From: Balanoglossus misakiensis
Lineage: Eukaryota > Animalia > Hemichordata
Assembly (NCBI GenBank): GCA_040954595.2
Contig: CM082590.2
Location: 3,534,001 to 3,598,000 of the forward strand
Length of the DNA: 64,000 nt
Direction: 5' to 3'
How positions within the stretch are numbered: the stretch's first letter is position 1; the number at the start of each line of letters is the position of its first letter. This document shows positions 51,752 through 61,838 of this stretch, piece by piece. Position numbers and translations under genes: made by a program. Under the pieces are notes generated by a model that had not been told where the DNA came from, ran no database searches, and saw only the letters and a program-made list of their open reading frames with translations.

Positions 51752-52167
51752 GGATATACGTTCAGTAAAATTGAAAGTATTGTCATTTTTTAATTGTGGA
51801 ATTTTTTATTCTCCGTTGTATGTATAATGAAAGTCCGTAATAAAATATACGGGTCACCGCGCTCGTTTATGAAATACAGAGCTATGAATTTGGCCAATAA
51901 TATAAGAAAACTGCTGACTCAGCATTTTTCACCAATGGTTTGTCTATGGGCAAAATTTTTAACGCAATTTATCTCAAAATAGAGCGCGGTGACCCCTATA
52001 TTTTATTTGACCAATGAATTTATATTTGCTGGACTGAGCTATGACTTGTGTAAAATTTCGTGAAAATGACAATAGTAGAATTTTGTTTTCTGGCGATTAT
52101 CAATGTAATCCTATGAGAAAAAGACCAGGCGCGCAGCGTTTCCGGTTTATGTTCTGTGCGTACATCC
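51752..52167 (+). mobile_element. Kolobok-like MITE
   Basis: TTAA duplication on both sides; TIR GGATATACG / CGTACATCC. Confidence 0.75.
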
Positions 52168-52444
52168 TTAAATACAACATGGAGCTATAAGCGAGATACC
52201 TTTCTGCCAAGACTATGACAAAAAATCGCAAATCGAAGAAATCGCAAAAGATTAAAAAAATAATTTACCTAATGAAAATATCTTGACTAAAACTAGTTTC
52301 TAAAAATTGATAAAACCTAACACACGAAAAGCCTTACCATGAGACATGGACGGATTGTTTTATTACTTTTTATTAATTAATTTTCCTTACTGTGGAATTC
52401 TGGTCGGTGCAGCATTTGACCAAAATAAAAAGTAAAATGTTTGT

Positions 52445-52795
52445 GTTACCTGTGACACCTGCTTATCTCATTAATTATGTACATATCTAATTCCAGGATA
52501 ACCAATAGGGCTAGAGGTCTTGTTTATGTTGGACATGAACCAGTATGGGGTCTAAATTTTCTGCCGAAATTTTTGGTGACCTTAGGTGACCCTGACCTAC
52601 TTTCCCATATCTCGGCATCCAGAGCACATACAGCCTTGGCATTTGGAGGGATGGAACACCTGATGGAGTCTCACACTTGACCTCTCCCACTGTTATGGTG
52701 CGCAAATTCGATGGTTGACCTATGTTGACCCCATTCACGCCATGTACCAGTTTGGCGAGGGCCCCGCTACTGCTGCTTGCAGCTATATTTTTTTG
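52445..52795 (+). mobile_element. Helentron-like 3' end, related to 14335-14900
   Basis: ccgcta.tgctgcttgcagctatattttt is the reverse complement of the 14335 region; gacctacttt.ccatatct.ggcatccagagca shared. Confidence 0.6.
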
Positions 52796-53643
52796 CAGTG
52801 TATACATACCTGGAATTTGAGCCTGGCATATAGACAGGAAACCGAGTAGGGAGACGAGAGCCAGTGGCAGGCAGAGGGATCTGTGATTGATTGAATGAAT
52901 GCAAATAAAAGGAGTGAAACATTACAAACGCGCAGCGTCAGTCACATCTTGTGTTTCTCTCGTCTGTATTCAATACACGCAATTTGTTCAAGGAAATTCC
53001 TTCATTAAAAGCCCATCTCTCGATCCCAGGGCAGTACAATGGACTCAAACATGAAAGCCTTTGTCTTAACACGTAACTGTTTCTGGAAACAAAAGATTTG
53101 ACCCACTGTTGAGTAAGGCCTTTAAAGGCACATAAGCTGCAACTTTTGGGATAATTATCATATTTTTTTTCAAACTGTACAAACATTAGCCCATGCAAAT
53201 ATAGGCACTGAACTATATACAAGTATTAAAATCGCTAAATATAAGTGCTCTTTCCCAACCTAAGAAACGTGTACATTGTGATAATATTCTACGTGGTAGA
53301 AGTTGATTTCGTGAAGGAATACAAAGGGACCCGCTGGCAACGTGAGTGGAATGGCATAAGGCATAAGTACCGGAGGTTTTCTGAGTCCTTTACATCTCCG
53401 ATCCCCATATTAATGGGACAAAGACTCTCTCTCACTTAATTATGTTTGATGCAAGACACTGTTTATGTTATTCTACATGTGGATATATAGCGAATCAATG
53501 TTCGACCACACACAACTTTCATCCCGTTTGTAGGATATAAGAGTAAAAATCTAGCCAAAATGAATAAATGGTAAACACCGATATTCATTTAGGCGAGTTT
53601 TTCACTCTCGTGTCTACAAGTTGGATTGAAGTTGTGTGTGGTT

Positions 53644-54370
53644 AGTAGTATACGTGGCTATTTGGGGACTCATTACATATTCATATATTCATATATTCAT
53701 GTATTCATATTATATATTCATGTATTCATGAGATGCAGATATGTTAATGAGGTGGCTACTTGGGGACTCATTATATATTCAAATATTCATATATTCATGT
53801 ATTCATATCATATATTCATGTATTCATGAGATGCAGATATGTTAATGAGGTGGCTACTTGGGGACTCGTTATATATTCAAATATTCATATATTCATGTAT
53901 TCATATCATATATTCATGTATTCATAAGATGCAGATATGCTAATGATGAGGTGGCTATTTGGGTACTCGTTAATATTCATATTATTAATGAGATGCAGGT
54001 ATTTTTATGGAGTAGGTGTTTAATAAGTATGGTAATGATATGAAATATTTTCATGGGGATGTTAATTAAAAGTATAGAAAGTTATTGAATTCGGCAAGAC
54101 TTCTATTTAATTAACCCCCACGTGGTCGGTGGCTACTTGGCTACCGATAAGGGGGTCATTCTCATAGGTGTTGATAGGGAGGCGTTTCAGAGAGGGGGGT
54201 CATACTTAATATGGTAATGATATGAAATATTTTCATGGAGACGTAAATTAAAAGTATAGAAAGTTATTGAATTCGGCGATGTTTCTATTTAATTAACCCC
54301 CACGTGGTCGGTGGCTACTTGAGTACCGATAAGGGGGTCATTCTCATACATGTGATGATGGGTAGGCGTT
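53644..54370. repeat. Maverick terminal (TIR) region with ATATTCAT-rich tandem units and a ~183-bp direct repeat
   Basis: gtggcta.ttggggactc..(atattcat)n..atgcagatatg x3; atggtaatgatatgaaatattttcatgg at 54029 and 54212. Confidence 0.8.
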
Positions 54371-54474
54371 TCATAGTGGGGCATAAAAAGCTGGTCAGAC
54401 TGACTCTCCAGCATTCCGGTAAAGCCACCGTCTTCATAACATTACCAGGCTTATTCATCGTCATCAGCGTTACG

Positions 54475-55008
54475 ATGTCTCGCAAAACATCCGACGGACA
54501 GATATCATCAGAGGCCGGTAACTATGAAAAACGTTTTGCGCTCAACCAACGAGGGAAATACGTGTCAATTTCAACGTGGAAGGGCAGCGTGAAAGTTCAT
54601 ATCCGCCAGTATGATGAGAAAAATCTACCGACACGTAAGGGTCTTGCCTTGGACGTTGGCGAATGGGAGATTCTCAAGTCACATATTGCTAACATAGATG
54701 ACGCGGTTGGTGATGTAATTGATGTTCTGCAGAATTCTACGCCATCGAGACAGGAACCTCCAGCTCTACAGAAGAGACATCACAGACACATCCCGAGAAT
54801 GACGACTGCTGTAGTACATGCTACGGAGAGACGGGGTAGGAAACCCTATGATAGAGAGACCAGCACACCGTTGTCATCGAGGATCAACTATCCGCCGCGG
54901 GAATTGGCGGGGATGACTTCGTGGGAGGCGCCTATGACGAAAAGTGATTACGAAGGTCTTGCAGAGCCTCTATGTCCACCGATGTCAACGAACTATAGTA
55001 ATGAATGA
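54475..55008 (+). CDS. PC4/Sub1-like ssDNA-binding protein with disordered C-terminal tail
   Basis: KYVSISTWKGSVKVHIRQY..PTRKGLALDVGEWEILK matches PC4 (RYVSVRDFKG..IDIREY..PGRKGISL..EQW..LK); cataaaaag TATA-like box upstream. Confidence 0.85.
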   Translation: MSRKTSDGQISSEAGNYEKRFALNQRGKYVSISTWKGSVKVHIRQYDEKNLPTRKGLALDVGEWEILKSHIANIDDAVGDVIDVLQNSTPSRQEPPALQKRHHRHIPRMTTAVVHATERRGRKPYDRETSTPLSSRINYPPRELAGMTSWEAPMTKSDYEGLAEPLCPPMSTNYSNE

Positions 55009-55495
55009 GTGAACAAAATAACTTTTAACCATGGACAGAAAACTGATATCACACCGTGTTTCTTTTTCTTTTCTTTTTTTTACTTGAAAATCTGTTTTGA
55101 TGTGTTATTGCGTGTTTTTTTTTCTTACTTTCGAAATATATACTATTATTTCTAGCTGATGGTGCTATTAAAATTTACGATTAATTATGTGAAACAGAAA
55201 ACACTTTGTTGTTTTATGAGTGATTGTTTGTGTGCGTGTGCTTCTATCAAAAGCCCTCCCTCCCCACTTTGATAATCATATTTATTGTTAAATTTTTTTA
55301 ACGAAGATAAATCTAAATGATTTACATCGATACTGATCAGTCTATGATAACCCCTGTCTAGAGACGGATGTCATTGTAGGAACATGTCGTGCTGTGGATG
55401 GTTACCCCTGCGATTTTCACGCCTATTCAATCGTGTGAAATGTGTGTGTGCGTGTTTTGGTAGTCGTATTGTGGTTAAAAACTCAACATTCACGG

Positions 55496-56593
55496 ATGGA
55501 GCTAGACAGATACCTAAGTCAAAAGTACAGCGAACCCCAAAATGTCTCTGCATTTGCTGGCGTAGACGAATTACACAAGGCGGTAAAAGATGAAGGTCTG
55601 TATAAAGTCTCCAAGGGGAAGATCAGAAAATGGCTAACAACCCAGGATAGCTATACTCTCCATAAAACTGCGAGGAAGAAATTTCTGCGGAATAAAACGA
55701 TTGCCTTCCGAGTTGATGAGATATGGCAGATGGACCTCACCGATGTATCTTCTCTGTCCAGATACAATAGAGGTGTGAAATACCTATTAACATGTATCGA
55801 TGTGTTATCCAGATATGCATTCGCTGAGCCGGTAAAAAATAAATTCCCTCAAACTATTATTGATGGCGTTAAGAAGATTTTCCGGCGATCAGGAAGAACA
55901 CCCGAAAAAATTCATACTGATAAAGGTGGTGAATTCACCAGTAGAAAATTCCAGGAATTTCTTAAACAGCGAGGGATTGAGCATTACACAGCTCAGAATG
56001 AGAATACTAAGTGTGCTATAGTTGAGCGGTTCCATCGTACTCTGAAAGGACGAATGTATCGGTATTTCACGTTGAAAGGAGATTATAAATATCTCGATCA
56101 ACTCAAACATTTTATTGAATCATACAATAATACTCGTCACACCACAACACAAGAAAAGCCTGTGGACGTAACCAGTGAAAACCAGTTACTCATTTGGCGA
56201 AGACTTCATGGAGGTGACATCAAACGATCCCTCTCACAACCATTCAAGTTCAGATTCAAAGTTGGTGATAAGGTTAGGATATCAACAAACAGAGGTGTGT
56301 TTGCCAAAGGATACAAAACGAAATTTTCAGAGGAAATATTCACCGTGGTAAAACGTGTCGCGCGTCGCTATCCTGTGTACAGGCTAGCTGATTACAACAA
56401 CGAGGTTATCACAGGAACTTTTTACGAGTCGGAGCTGACAAAAGTGGTCAAAACGGATGATCTGTATCGGATCGAGAAAGTTCTACGTAAACGACGTAGA
56501 AGAGGATCGACCGAATATTTAGTTAGATGGCTGGGCTATCCACGTCAGTTTGACTCCTGGGTTCAGGATATCAACAACATAAAGAGTGTTTAA
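55496..56593 (+). CDS. int: Retroviral-type (rve) integrase with C-terminal chromodomain
   Basis: WQMDL..HTDKGGEF..IVERFHRTLK DDE triad; YRIEKVL..EYLVRWLGYP..DSWV chromodomain. Confidence 0.95.
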   Translation: MELDRYLSQKYSEPQNVSAFAGVDELHKAVKDEGLYKVSKGKIRKWLTTQDSYTLHKTARKKFLRNKTIAFRVDEIWQMDLTDVSSLSRYNRGVKYLLTCIDVLSRYAFAEPVKNKFPQTIIDGVKKIFRRSGRTPEKIHTDKGGEFTSRKFQEFLKQRGIEHYTAQNENTKCAIVERFHRTLKGRMYRYFTLKGDYKYLDQLKHFIESYNNTRHTTTQEKPVDVTSENQLLIWRRLHGGDIKRSLSQPFKFRFKVGDKVRISTNRGVFAKGYKTKFSEEIFTVVKRVARRYPVYRLADYNNEVITGTFYESELTKVVKTDDLYRIEKVLRKRRRRGSTEYLVRWLGYPRQFDSWVQDINNIKSV

Positions 56594-56604
56594 AACATAC
56601 AGTT

Positions 56605-57377
56605 ATGGAATTCTACATCTTGCTACCGTGTGATTCAAGTCATCATGTCTACCCTGGTAATACAACGACACATTATGTTACGAAACTTGCGCACAGGATG
56701 GAGTTAAGCGGAGAGTGGGAGGTGGCGCTTGTTCAAATAATATACCCTAGGTCCTGGAACAATGTTTCAAATCGAGGGAATATGATTAAATGCACAAGTG
56801 TGAAGATCGAAGATAATGAACATGTGAATGAGAGTAACAATACCAGGAAGGATGAAAACATACGTATCCCTGCAGGGTATTATAGAGATGCAGAAGACCT
56901 GATAGCATGCTTTATCAATAGGATACCCGAAACATTGGTAAATCATGTAAAAATAAAATACAACAGTCGCACAGGACGTGTGGGGTATGAGATTGATGAA
57001 GGATATTGCATCGAGCTTAACACGGAGGTAGCCGAGATGCTTGGTATGAGTCCTGGGATGAAAGTGGGACTGCAGAGAGACAGGCGGATGTAGACTCAGC
57101 ACTCCACGTACTCTATGTTTACACCGATCTGATACAATATCAGTTGGTAGGGAACATCTCTGCACCTTTGCTATGCAATGTTCCTGTTGAAGGAATACAT
57201 AGACAGGCTGTGACATACACAGTCAATAATCCCCACTATTTACCCCTCAGTCGCAATCATTTTGAGACGGTGGAGATCGACATAAGAGACGGTCAAGGTA
57301 GACCCGTGCCATTTGAATCTGGGAGAGTGACCGTAAAACTTCACTTCAGACAGAGACGTCCACCCTATTTGCTATAG
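56605..57377 (+). pseudogene. Minor capsid protein (penton), split by a -1 frameshift near 57060-57075
   Basis: MEFYILLPCDSS..L.GEWEVAL N-terminus; LYVYTDLI..VG..APLL..YLPL..IDIRD..GRPVPF..VKLHFR C-terminus in the other frame. Confidence 0.88.
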
Positions 57378-57405
57378 ACTTACAAATCTGCATCATTCTT
57401 GAACC

Positions 57406-57804
57406 ATGATCCCCGACTCCTACCACAGCTATTATCTTAACCAGGCCAGAGGGAATAATTTCCCCGTATATCGCGGTACCACATATCAACGTGGATCGGG
57501 TCTCGGTGGAGTGTTGGGCGGTCTGTCGCGCTTTGTCTTACCGATGCTGAAGCAGGGTGTCCGAGAAATTGGGAAGACTGCTCTCCATACAGGGGTGAAT
57601 GTGATTGGTGACATTGCCTCGGGACAGAACTGGAAAACGTCATTGAAATCACGTTCTCGCGAGAGTGCTAAAACACTGGGTAAACGGGCTGTCGGTAGTT
57701 TACGCACGCACATAAGCGGTGGTAAACGGACAAAGCGGACTAGTTCGTCATCCGCATCCAGCAGGAAGAGTTCTAGCAGAGTTCCTCGTGATATTTTCAC
57801 CTAA
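57406..57804 (+). CDS. Small basic virion core-like protein (position of Maverick PM)
   Basis: YYLNQ..YRG..YQRGSGLGG motif, amphipathic segment, Arg/Ser-rich tail ending DIF; lies between mCP and MCP. Confidence 0.8.
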   Translation: MIPDSYHSYYLNQARGNNFPVYRGTTYQRGSGLGGVLGGLSRFVLPMLKQGVREIGKTALHTGVNVIGDIASGQNWKTSLKSRSRESAKTLGKRAVGSLRTHISGGKRTKRTSSSSASSRKSSSRVPRDIFT

Positions 57805-57826
57805 GAAATAGTATTGTAGAAGAAAG

Positions 57827-59170
57827 ATGGCCAGCAGTAGCTTTGTGGATCGATCGTCATGTGAATGCACCAAGAGCGAACTAGATTTATTCTCTGTTCC
57901 ACCGACACAGACGAGCTTGCTGGAGAGTCGAATGGTTCAATTTAACCCGATTTCCACACTCGCTGAAGGATCACCGATCGAATTTGTTGTGACTGGTTCA
58001 GCGGCTGAATACATCGATCTGCCTATGACAAGACTTTTCATTAAGGCTAAAGTTACAGCCGCCGACGGAACTGAATTGCCTGCTGCTGCAGAAGTGGGAC
58101 CAACGAACCTCCTGCTTCATAGTCTATTCTCTCAGTTGGAAGTCTCCCTCGGTGGACGAGTTGTCTCCTCGTCTAATAACACCTACGCCTATCGTGCATA
58201 CATTGAAACCCTTCTGAATTATTCCAGCGAGGCAAAATCGACACATCTTACCTCCGCGTTGTTTTACAAAGACACGGCGGGTGCGTTTGACACTGCGAAT
58301 CCACTTTCCGAAGATGCGGTTAATGATGGACTGAAGACACGACACGCGTTCACCAGTAGGAGTAAGATAGTCGACTTAGTTGGACCTATTCACAGCGATA
58401 TATTTTTCCAGAAACGGCTCCTGTTGAATGGTGTTGACTTGAAATTGAAACTTTATAGAGGTAAAAATGAATTTTGCTTGATGTCAAGCCAACCCGAGAC
58501 AGGGTACAAAGTTCAAATCTTGGATGCCAGTCTACATATCCGACGGGTAAAGGTTGCCCCATTCATCTTGGAGAGTCATGCCAGGGCCCTGGAGATATCC
58601 CCAACAAAATATCCTATCACCAGGGTTGAATGTAAATCGTATGCTGTAACCCCAGGACATTTGACCTTCACGAAGGAAAATATATTTCTAGGATCACTAC
58701 CGAGACGCCTTATTATAGGATTTGTTGATTCTGATGCATACAACGGTTCATATCGGAAAAACCCGTTCAATTTTAAGACACATGGTATAAATTATTTAGC
58801 GGTATTTAAAAACAGCCAGTTGGTCACCGGGAAACCATTGACCCCTAAATTTTCCCCACAGGGTGGGGCAAATTATATCAGAGCTTATGAGACATTATTT
58901 TCAGGGACAGACATTTTCACGGATGATAGAGGTCATTGCATAGACAGAGATGATTTTATAGGAGGGAGTTGCTTGTTTGCATTCAACCTGACGCCAGATT
59001 TATCAGGTGGTGGTGATCATTTCAACATAGTTGACAATGGGACATTGAGTGTCGAAGTACACTTTGATAACGCATTACAGGAAACAATTAGCTTAATAGT
59101 GTACGCCGAGTTTGAAAACATAATACAAATTGATAAACCGAGAAACGTCATTACTGACTATTCGAGATGA
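57827..59170 (+). CDS. Major capsid protein (double jelly-roll, hexon-like)
   Basis: CTKSELDLFSVPPTQ, HSLFSQ, YAYRAYIETLLNY, NPFNF, FAFNLTPD, VYAEFEN motifs of Polinton MCP. Confidence 0.95.
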   Translation: MASSSFVDRSSCECTKSELDLFSVPPTQTSLLESRMVQFNPISTLAEGSPIEFVVTGSAAEYIDLPMTRLFIKAKVTAADGTELPAAAEVGPTNLLLHSLFSQLEVSLGGRVVSSSNNTYAYRAYIETLLNYSSEAKSTHLTSALFYKDTAGAFDTANPLSEDAVNDGLKTRHAFTSRSKIVDLVGPIHSDIFFQKRLLLNGVDLKLKLYRGKNEFCLMSSQPETGYKVQILDASLHIRRVKVAPFILESHARALEISPTKYPITRVECKSYAVTPGHLTFTKENIFLGSLPRRLIIGFVDSDAYNGSYRKNPFNFKTHGINYLAVFKNSQLVTGKPLTPKFSPQGGANYIRAYETLFSGTDIFTDDRGHCIDRDDFIGGSCLFAFNLTPDLSGGGDHFNIVDNGTLSVEVHFDNALQETISLIVYAEFENIIQIDKPRNVITDYSR

Positions 59171-59691
59171 ATTCGCTACAAATTACACGTATACTAAGAG
59201 CTGATAAATTTTCCGGTTCATATTTCGAAGGTGTTTTTGCAAGAGACGAGTTACCTCGTATCGTCTCGAGATTCCCCGCAGCTTTTGTCGTCAACACTGA
59301 TCCATCAACACTACCGGGTGAACATTGGCTCGCGATATATTTTGATCATGATGGGGAAGGGGAATTTTTTGATTCGTATGGGAGAGATCCTTCCAGTTAC
59401 GGTCGGAAATTTACTGATTTTTTGAAGAAAAATTCAACAACCGCCTATCACTTCAATGAGATGACGTTACAAGGCCCGTTGTCAACTGTGTGTGGTCACT
59501 TTGTTATTTTTTACATACTTCATAAATGTAGGGGCGTAAGCCTTCGACAGATTCAAGACATGTTTACTCCAAATACTGATTGGAACGATCACATGGTTAA
59601 CAATTTTATTAGGACATGTTTTGGTTTGGATGAGCCCTTGATTGATCCAACTTTTTTAGTACAGATGGCGAAATCTTTCATGGGGCGCTAG
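59167..59691 (+). CDS. Adenain-like (C5) maturation cysteine protease
   Basis: NTDP..GEHW..FFDSYG..LQ..STVCG (H-D-Q-C); ATGA overlap with MCP stop. Confidence 0.95.
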   Translation: MNSLQITRILRADKFSGSYFEGVFARDELPRIVSRFPAAFVVNTDPSTLPGEHWLAIYFDHDGEGEFFDSYGRDPSSYGRKFTDFLKKNSTTAYHFNEMTLQGPLSTVCGHFVIFYILHKCRGVSLRQIQDMFTPNTDWNDHMVNNFIRTCFGLDEPLIDPTFLVQMAKSFMGR

Positions 59692-59948
59692 TGAATGATT
59701 TTACTTCGATATACTGTGGTATAAGATAGTAGGTAGATAGATAGATAGACATACAGACATGGCAGTATTACTTTCAAATGTATTGATATTTAATGTTAAT
59801 TCAAGAATAAAAAAAAAATATTACATGTCAGTTAATTGTAAAGTATTGTAATAAAGAAATTGAAATATTACAGAAAAATATGTCAAAAGTTTTTTTTTTT
59901 TTTTTTTGTGTGTGTGTCTCTCAAAATATTTGTCAATCAAGCAGTGAC
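59692..59948. terminator. AT-rich convergent 3'-end region
   Basis: AATAAA motifs and T-run between the two converging gene blocks. Confidence 0.5.
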
Positions 59949-60773
59949 TTAGTACTTGTCCCATCTGATACGTTTCACTGTCCCTTTTCTTTTTCTCAAA
60001 GGAGTAGATAGAATTCTTTTCTTTTTCCGTGACGAAGTGCCCCGTTCATCATCTTCGGTTTTAAAACCCGAGGGACTGTTTGGTAGCAGCGGCAATAATC
60101 TGGAGGGTGTCGATAGATCGGATTTTTCCTTATGCCCCCTTATATAGGACAACCAGTCGCGATTTGTTACAAGAACCTCGGGAATGTTTATGTCTGCGAG
60201 GGCTCGTGTAAATTGTTGCCATCCGACGGGGTTGCGTCTATCGCCACTTTTACCAACACGTAATGCGTTGTACATCAAGTCAACGAGATTACTATTCCGG
60301 ATCACTTCTCCTCTGTACAAGAGTTCTCCATTATCTGACCAACCGATTACGCCGGGGTGGGATTTCATTCTGTCTAACAATTGTTCAGCACGACGCTTCA
60401 TTGTCTTAGGAACAATACTAATTACACTTTCGGCCACGCTCTGATAGGAATCTATTGTGTCATCTTTATCGATCCCCTCTGCGTCAGATTCCATTTCGGG
60501 GGTCGACTGTGCGTCGTTGGTCACCTGGACACGGACGGGTTTCTCTCGATCCCTCCGTTGTTGACCACTGAGTGCTAGATAACGCTGAAGACTCTGTGTG
60601 TAGAGATTAATCTTCTGATCCTCAGGTAAGTCTGAGCGCTGAAGAATATCCTTCATTTCGGAATCGACTGCAGAAATTGTTTGTGATAGCGGGGACACTC
60701 TACCAGGCTGTTTTCCTTGGAGGGCTTCCAACATTTCCGGTGAGACCAGAGCCATCTTCTTAGCATGCAGCAT
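59949..60773 (-). CDS. Conserved Maverick protein (PZ-like; assigned by position and motifs)
   Basis: AKKMALV, LDxEMxxIL..K..LY.Q.LQRY, W..NGEL...G..I..SNLVDL, P.GW..F...L...NIP. Confidence 0.8.
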   Translation of the reverse strand: MLHAKKMALVSPEMLEALQGKQPGRVSPLSQTISAVDSEMKDILQRSDLPEDQKINLYTQSLQRYLALSGQQRRDREKPVRVQVTNDAQSTPEMESDAEGIDKDDTIDSYQSVAESVISIVPKTMKRRAEQLLDRMKSHPGVIGWSDNGELLYRGEVIRNSNLVDLMYNALRVGKSGDRRNPVGWQQFTRALADINIPEVLVTNRDWLSYIRGHKEKSDLSTPSRLLPLLPNSPSGFKTEDDERGTSSRKKKRILSTPLRKRKGTVKRIRWDKY

Positions 60774-60774
60774 T

Positions 60775-61098
60775 TCACTTGATAAGACTTGAGAGTACGC
60801 CTAAAATCGGGCCCAAAAGTGTGGCGAGAAAGCCACCGCGTTGAATCAGAGTTCGTCTCTTTCTCTCCAGAGGTGTCTTCTTATCGGCTAACAACCGAAT
60901 GGCTGTTTTATGACGGGAAAGTTTCTTTTTATGGCTCGGTGAAATCCTCATGTTACCGTTTAACACATTCTTACAACATTCGCAAATACAATGCAGCAAT
61001 TCCTTACTGGCTCCGCTTATGACACCTCTGCGTTGTTTATCGTTGCATGTGGCTAGTACACGTAAAAAGTCGGCGTGTCTTCTCATACGGCTGGACAT
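60775..61098 (-). CDS. Small basic Maverick protein (PW-like) with QRGG followed by an amphipathic C-terminal helix
   Basis: CICECCKNVLNGN, L..HK..IR.LA, IQRGGFLATLLGPILGVLSSL. Confidence 0.8.
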   Translation of the reverse strand: MSSRMRRHADFLRVLATCNDKQRRGVISGASKELLHCICECCKNVLNGNMRISPSHKKKLSRHKTAIRLLADKKTPLERKRRTLIQRGGFLATLLGPILGVLSSLIK

Positions 61099-61135
61099 GG
61101 CTGAAATGACAGTCGTGTTCTTGAAACCAGTTCTT

Positions 61136-61801
61136 TTACCTCCTTACATACACATAGGTTGTCTCCCCCGGAAATATTGATGTTCTGAGACGGTGGTCGT
61201 CCTTGGTCATTGGTTTTAAATCAAATAGGATATATCCATAGGGTTCAGAGGTCGCATTTTCATAGGCCTCACGCACAAAATTAATATGACCGGGGTAAAC
61301 CTGTTTTGCCAGATGCGTTATTTGTGCCCCATCTCGAGGGTTTTTAAACACCACAATGTAGTGAGAGTTCAAACTGATAGTCCGCATTTCACGACCGCTC
61401 TGGAATAAATTCTGCACAAGAAATAATATCGAAGTGTTCAGGTGATGAGTTCCACGCGTGAACATGTTTGTAATTTCAGCATTATTCTGACATTCCGATA
61501 GCAGATCATCCAGAATAATTAGATTCGGAATTGCGGGATTCACCAAGTCTTTAAAATTGCTGGGAAGTCCTTCAACAAACTCAATAGCGGGTACCAAGGA
61601 TTTTATCTCGCTGAACACCTGTTGAAAAGCACCGTAGCACCAGATGATTTTCTTCGGCGGTGGTGAAAACATCTCATTTAAAGAGCAGAGCAACCTCTTC
61701 ACAAAGTATGTTTTCCCACTTTGTGACGGGCCTGCCACAATACCGTTAAATGGGTGTTCAAACTTGATAATCATCCTGGTTGGCGTAAGCACAGTGTTCA
61801 A
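61136..61801 (-). CDS. A32/FtsK-like genome-packaging ATPase
   Basis: Walker A GPSQSGKT, Walker B LIILDD, FTRGTHH, QNLF, RTISLN. Confidence 0.95.
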   Translation of the reverse strand: MNTVLTPTRMIIKFEHPFNGIVAGPSQSGKTYFVKRLLCSLNEMFSPPPKKIIWCYGAFQQVFSEIKSLVPAIEFVEGLPSNFKDLVNPAIPNLIILDDLLSECQNNAEITNMFTRGTHHLNTSILFLVQNLFQSGREMRTISLNSHYIVVFKNPRDGAQITHLAKQVYPGHINFVREAYENATSEPYGYILFDLKPMTKDDHRLRTSIFPGETTYVYVRR

Positions 61802-61838
61802 ATGATCTCGACATGTCCTGACGATAGCATTTTAGATG

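Noticed and set aside
54304-54474. N-terminal extension of the PC4-like ORF (likewise 55442-55495 for the integrase)
   Set aside because: Non-ATG starts in repeat/promoter sequence; first ATGs are at 54475 and 55496
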